The translations under genes and the position numbers were made by a program. The notes below the pieces were generated by a model that was not told the DNA's origin, made no database searches, and saw nothing but the letters and a program-made list of their open reading frames with translations. A stretch of 64,000 bases of DNA from positions 166,636,410 to 166,700,409 of the forward strand of contig NC_052147.1 in the NCBI RefSeq assembly GCF_902713615.1, written 5' to 3'. Origin of the DNA: Scyliorhinus canicula (Eukaryota). Numbering within the stretch: position 1 is the stretch's first letter; the number at the start of each line of letters is the position of its first letter. Positions 62,101 to 64,000 of the stretch are shown piece by piece.

Positions 62101-64000
62101 AAGATTCTCACATCTGCTGTCCTTTGCTCTCTCTCATTTTCTCACTCTCATTTCTTCTTATCATCGTGTGGTTCCTAGCTGTACCATTGCCTGCTTGATT
62201 ATGGGATGTCTCGGTTTGCTGATAAGAGCTGCTTCCTCTGGATGTGTTTCTGCTGACCATGTTATCTCTGTACGATTCTGTCTTTCTTAGGAACGTGGTC
62301 AAGTCAGCTACTATTATGGGGGGGCCTGAAGAACGGGGACCCCCATGGATCCCGTAGCGGCCACTACTATTAGCAAGAGTTTAAATACTGCTATGTTCTA
62401 AGAATACATGTTTACGTGTTTAACAGTTAATAATGATTATTGGATATATTTTCTGTGATTAGTTTCAGTCCTCAATAAACTAACATATTGTAGTGTTATC
62501 CCAGCTATCTGGTTCAAGGGGTCCTTTAGTTCCCCCTTTTGGCCTCTGATAGCCCAAGAATAGGCCACTAAAGAAACATACTGAGATTGTTGGGTTCAGG
62601 CTCAAGCGGGGAATGGTCGTTAGGTAAGAGCCGTAGCAGTTCCTCTTATCTAGAATATGCTACGGAATCTTAAAGAGACAAAGCACTGCAAGTTCACACT
62701 CTCTTGGCTAAAATAATAAGCAAGATCCTCTAAGCTTCTATGTTATGAGACTTAAATGATTTATTTAATTCATTTACTTTTTCTTTTCATTTAAGCCAAT
62801 CTTCAACATCCAACAGACATCACCGACCTTTTATTACATCCAAATCTCAAAAGCATTTCACCAAAACACATTATGAGCTACAAAACCTTTGTTCTCTAAT
62901 GGGGGTGATGTGATAGGACGATAAGATTCTCACATTTGTTCCAAATGCCTATTGAGAGTACTTAAAATTTCTACTTTCAACTGGCGTCATTGAGTTTCCA
63001 TGGATCCACAATTAAACCTTGTATCAAGTAATTTAGCCAAATAATTTAGTAATTTGTTTCTGGGGCAATTTAAAACCAATCAATAGCATGAAAATGGCTT
63101 ATTGTCACGAGTAGGCTTCAATCACAGCTACTGTGAAAAGCCCCTAGTCGCCACATTCCGGCGAGGCTGGTACGGGAATCGAACTGTGCTGCTGGCCTGC
63201 TTGGTCTGCTTTAAAAGCCAGCGATTTAGCCGAGTGAGATAAACCAGCCCCTGAAATCGCATGCTGAAATAGTTATTTTTTGTGCTCCAATTTATTTTCA
63301 TTCATCCTTTATTTTTCCTTCAAACCGATGCAAATTCAGTTTCTTAACCAAGTTTTAAAGAAACCTTATCAAATCACTTTAAACTTGTTTTGAAGAATTC
63401 AAATTGGATCACCACCGAACTGCAAGTTTATAATCCGACCTTGACTCAGAACAATACAAGCTTGTATATCATCTACAACCCAACTAATTCTTTATTTGAT
63501 CAATTTTGTTATCACATTTTCCTCTCTGCAGTAGCAAAAGGCATTCGACATTCGTTGTTCGCGCAGTACTTTCACCACCATTTGAAAAGAGGCTATCTGT
63601 ATCGGGGTGGAGGTCGACTGCCTTTCCCTCTAAATCTGCAGTGATGTTTCGCCATTGCTGCCTTCGGAGTGGCAATCACGGAGTTTCAATAATATTGTGC
63701 AGGCTCAGAGTAATGACAAGAGCTTTGTCTGTCTTGTCACTAGTCGGAGGCTCCCTTTATTTCTGACTGCACCTGACTTTAGAGATGGTTTTTTAACATT
63801 GCAGAAAATATGCTATTTCTAGTTTATTTTTTAGTCTGTCCGAACACCAAGCTTTTTGCCCGGTGTGCCAAAGGATCCTCATTGTGGATTTCCTGTTTTG
63901 GCCGCCATCGATTAATCACGGGGTCCTCCCCTTTCAAGATTTTTTAACGCATGATGGATATTTCGCTGTGCTTATCGGCATGGTACAAACGTCTGTCTTT

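Larger units (their letters stand above)
54506..64000 (+). repeat. Tandem segmental duplication unit 3 (partial; contains A3)
   Basis: Colinear with 26394-36074 and runs off the window end. Confidence 0.9.

Noticed and set aside
26394-64000. Assembly artefact (false duplication)
   Set aside because: Units differ by many substitutions and by copy-specific TE insertions with TSDs, and three distinct versions of the A gene exist. Not formally excluded without reads.

Overview
Eukaryotic vertebrate DNA, most likely from a shark or other elasmobranch (HE1/V-SINE-like and SacSINE1/Deu-like repeats; protein resembles shark gamma-S1-type crystallin). The window is part of a gamma-crystallin gene cluster. 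It has five intact + strand three-exon genes (coding exons 9/243/276 nt, 175 aa), alternating between two paralog types: A1, B1, A2, B2, A3. They lie in a tandem segmental duplication with a ~25-28 kb unit (unit 1 1159-26393, unit 2 26394-54505, unit 3 54506 to beyond the window end). All five genes appear to use a non-canonical GC-AG first intron (AAG|GCAAGA) and share a compact Sox/Maf/TATA promoter. The rest is mostly transposon-derived: a decayed two-gene PIF/Harbinger element (Myb/SANT protein plus DDE transposase) with related MITEs, a 5'-truncated Gypsy element, an older Gypsy integrase relic, three solo-LTR families, Rex1/CR1/Penelope fragments and SINEs. Several of these are copy-specific and help order the duplications. 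I found no wholly new biological system. The best leads are the cluster-wide GC donor with a competing upstream GT site, possible exon-restricted homogenisation between A and B paralogs, two different MITEs at the same paralogous site, and a YLDN reverse-transcriptase motif. Coordinates were counted by hand; repeat boundaries without a TSD are approximate, and repeat family names come from recognition, not a database search.
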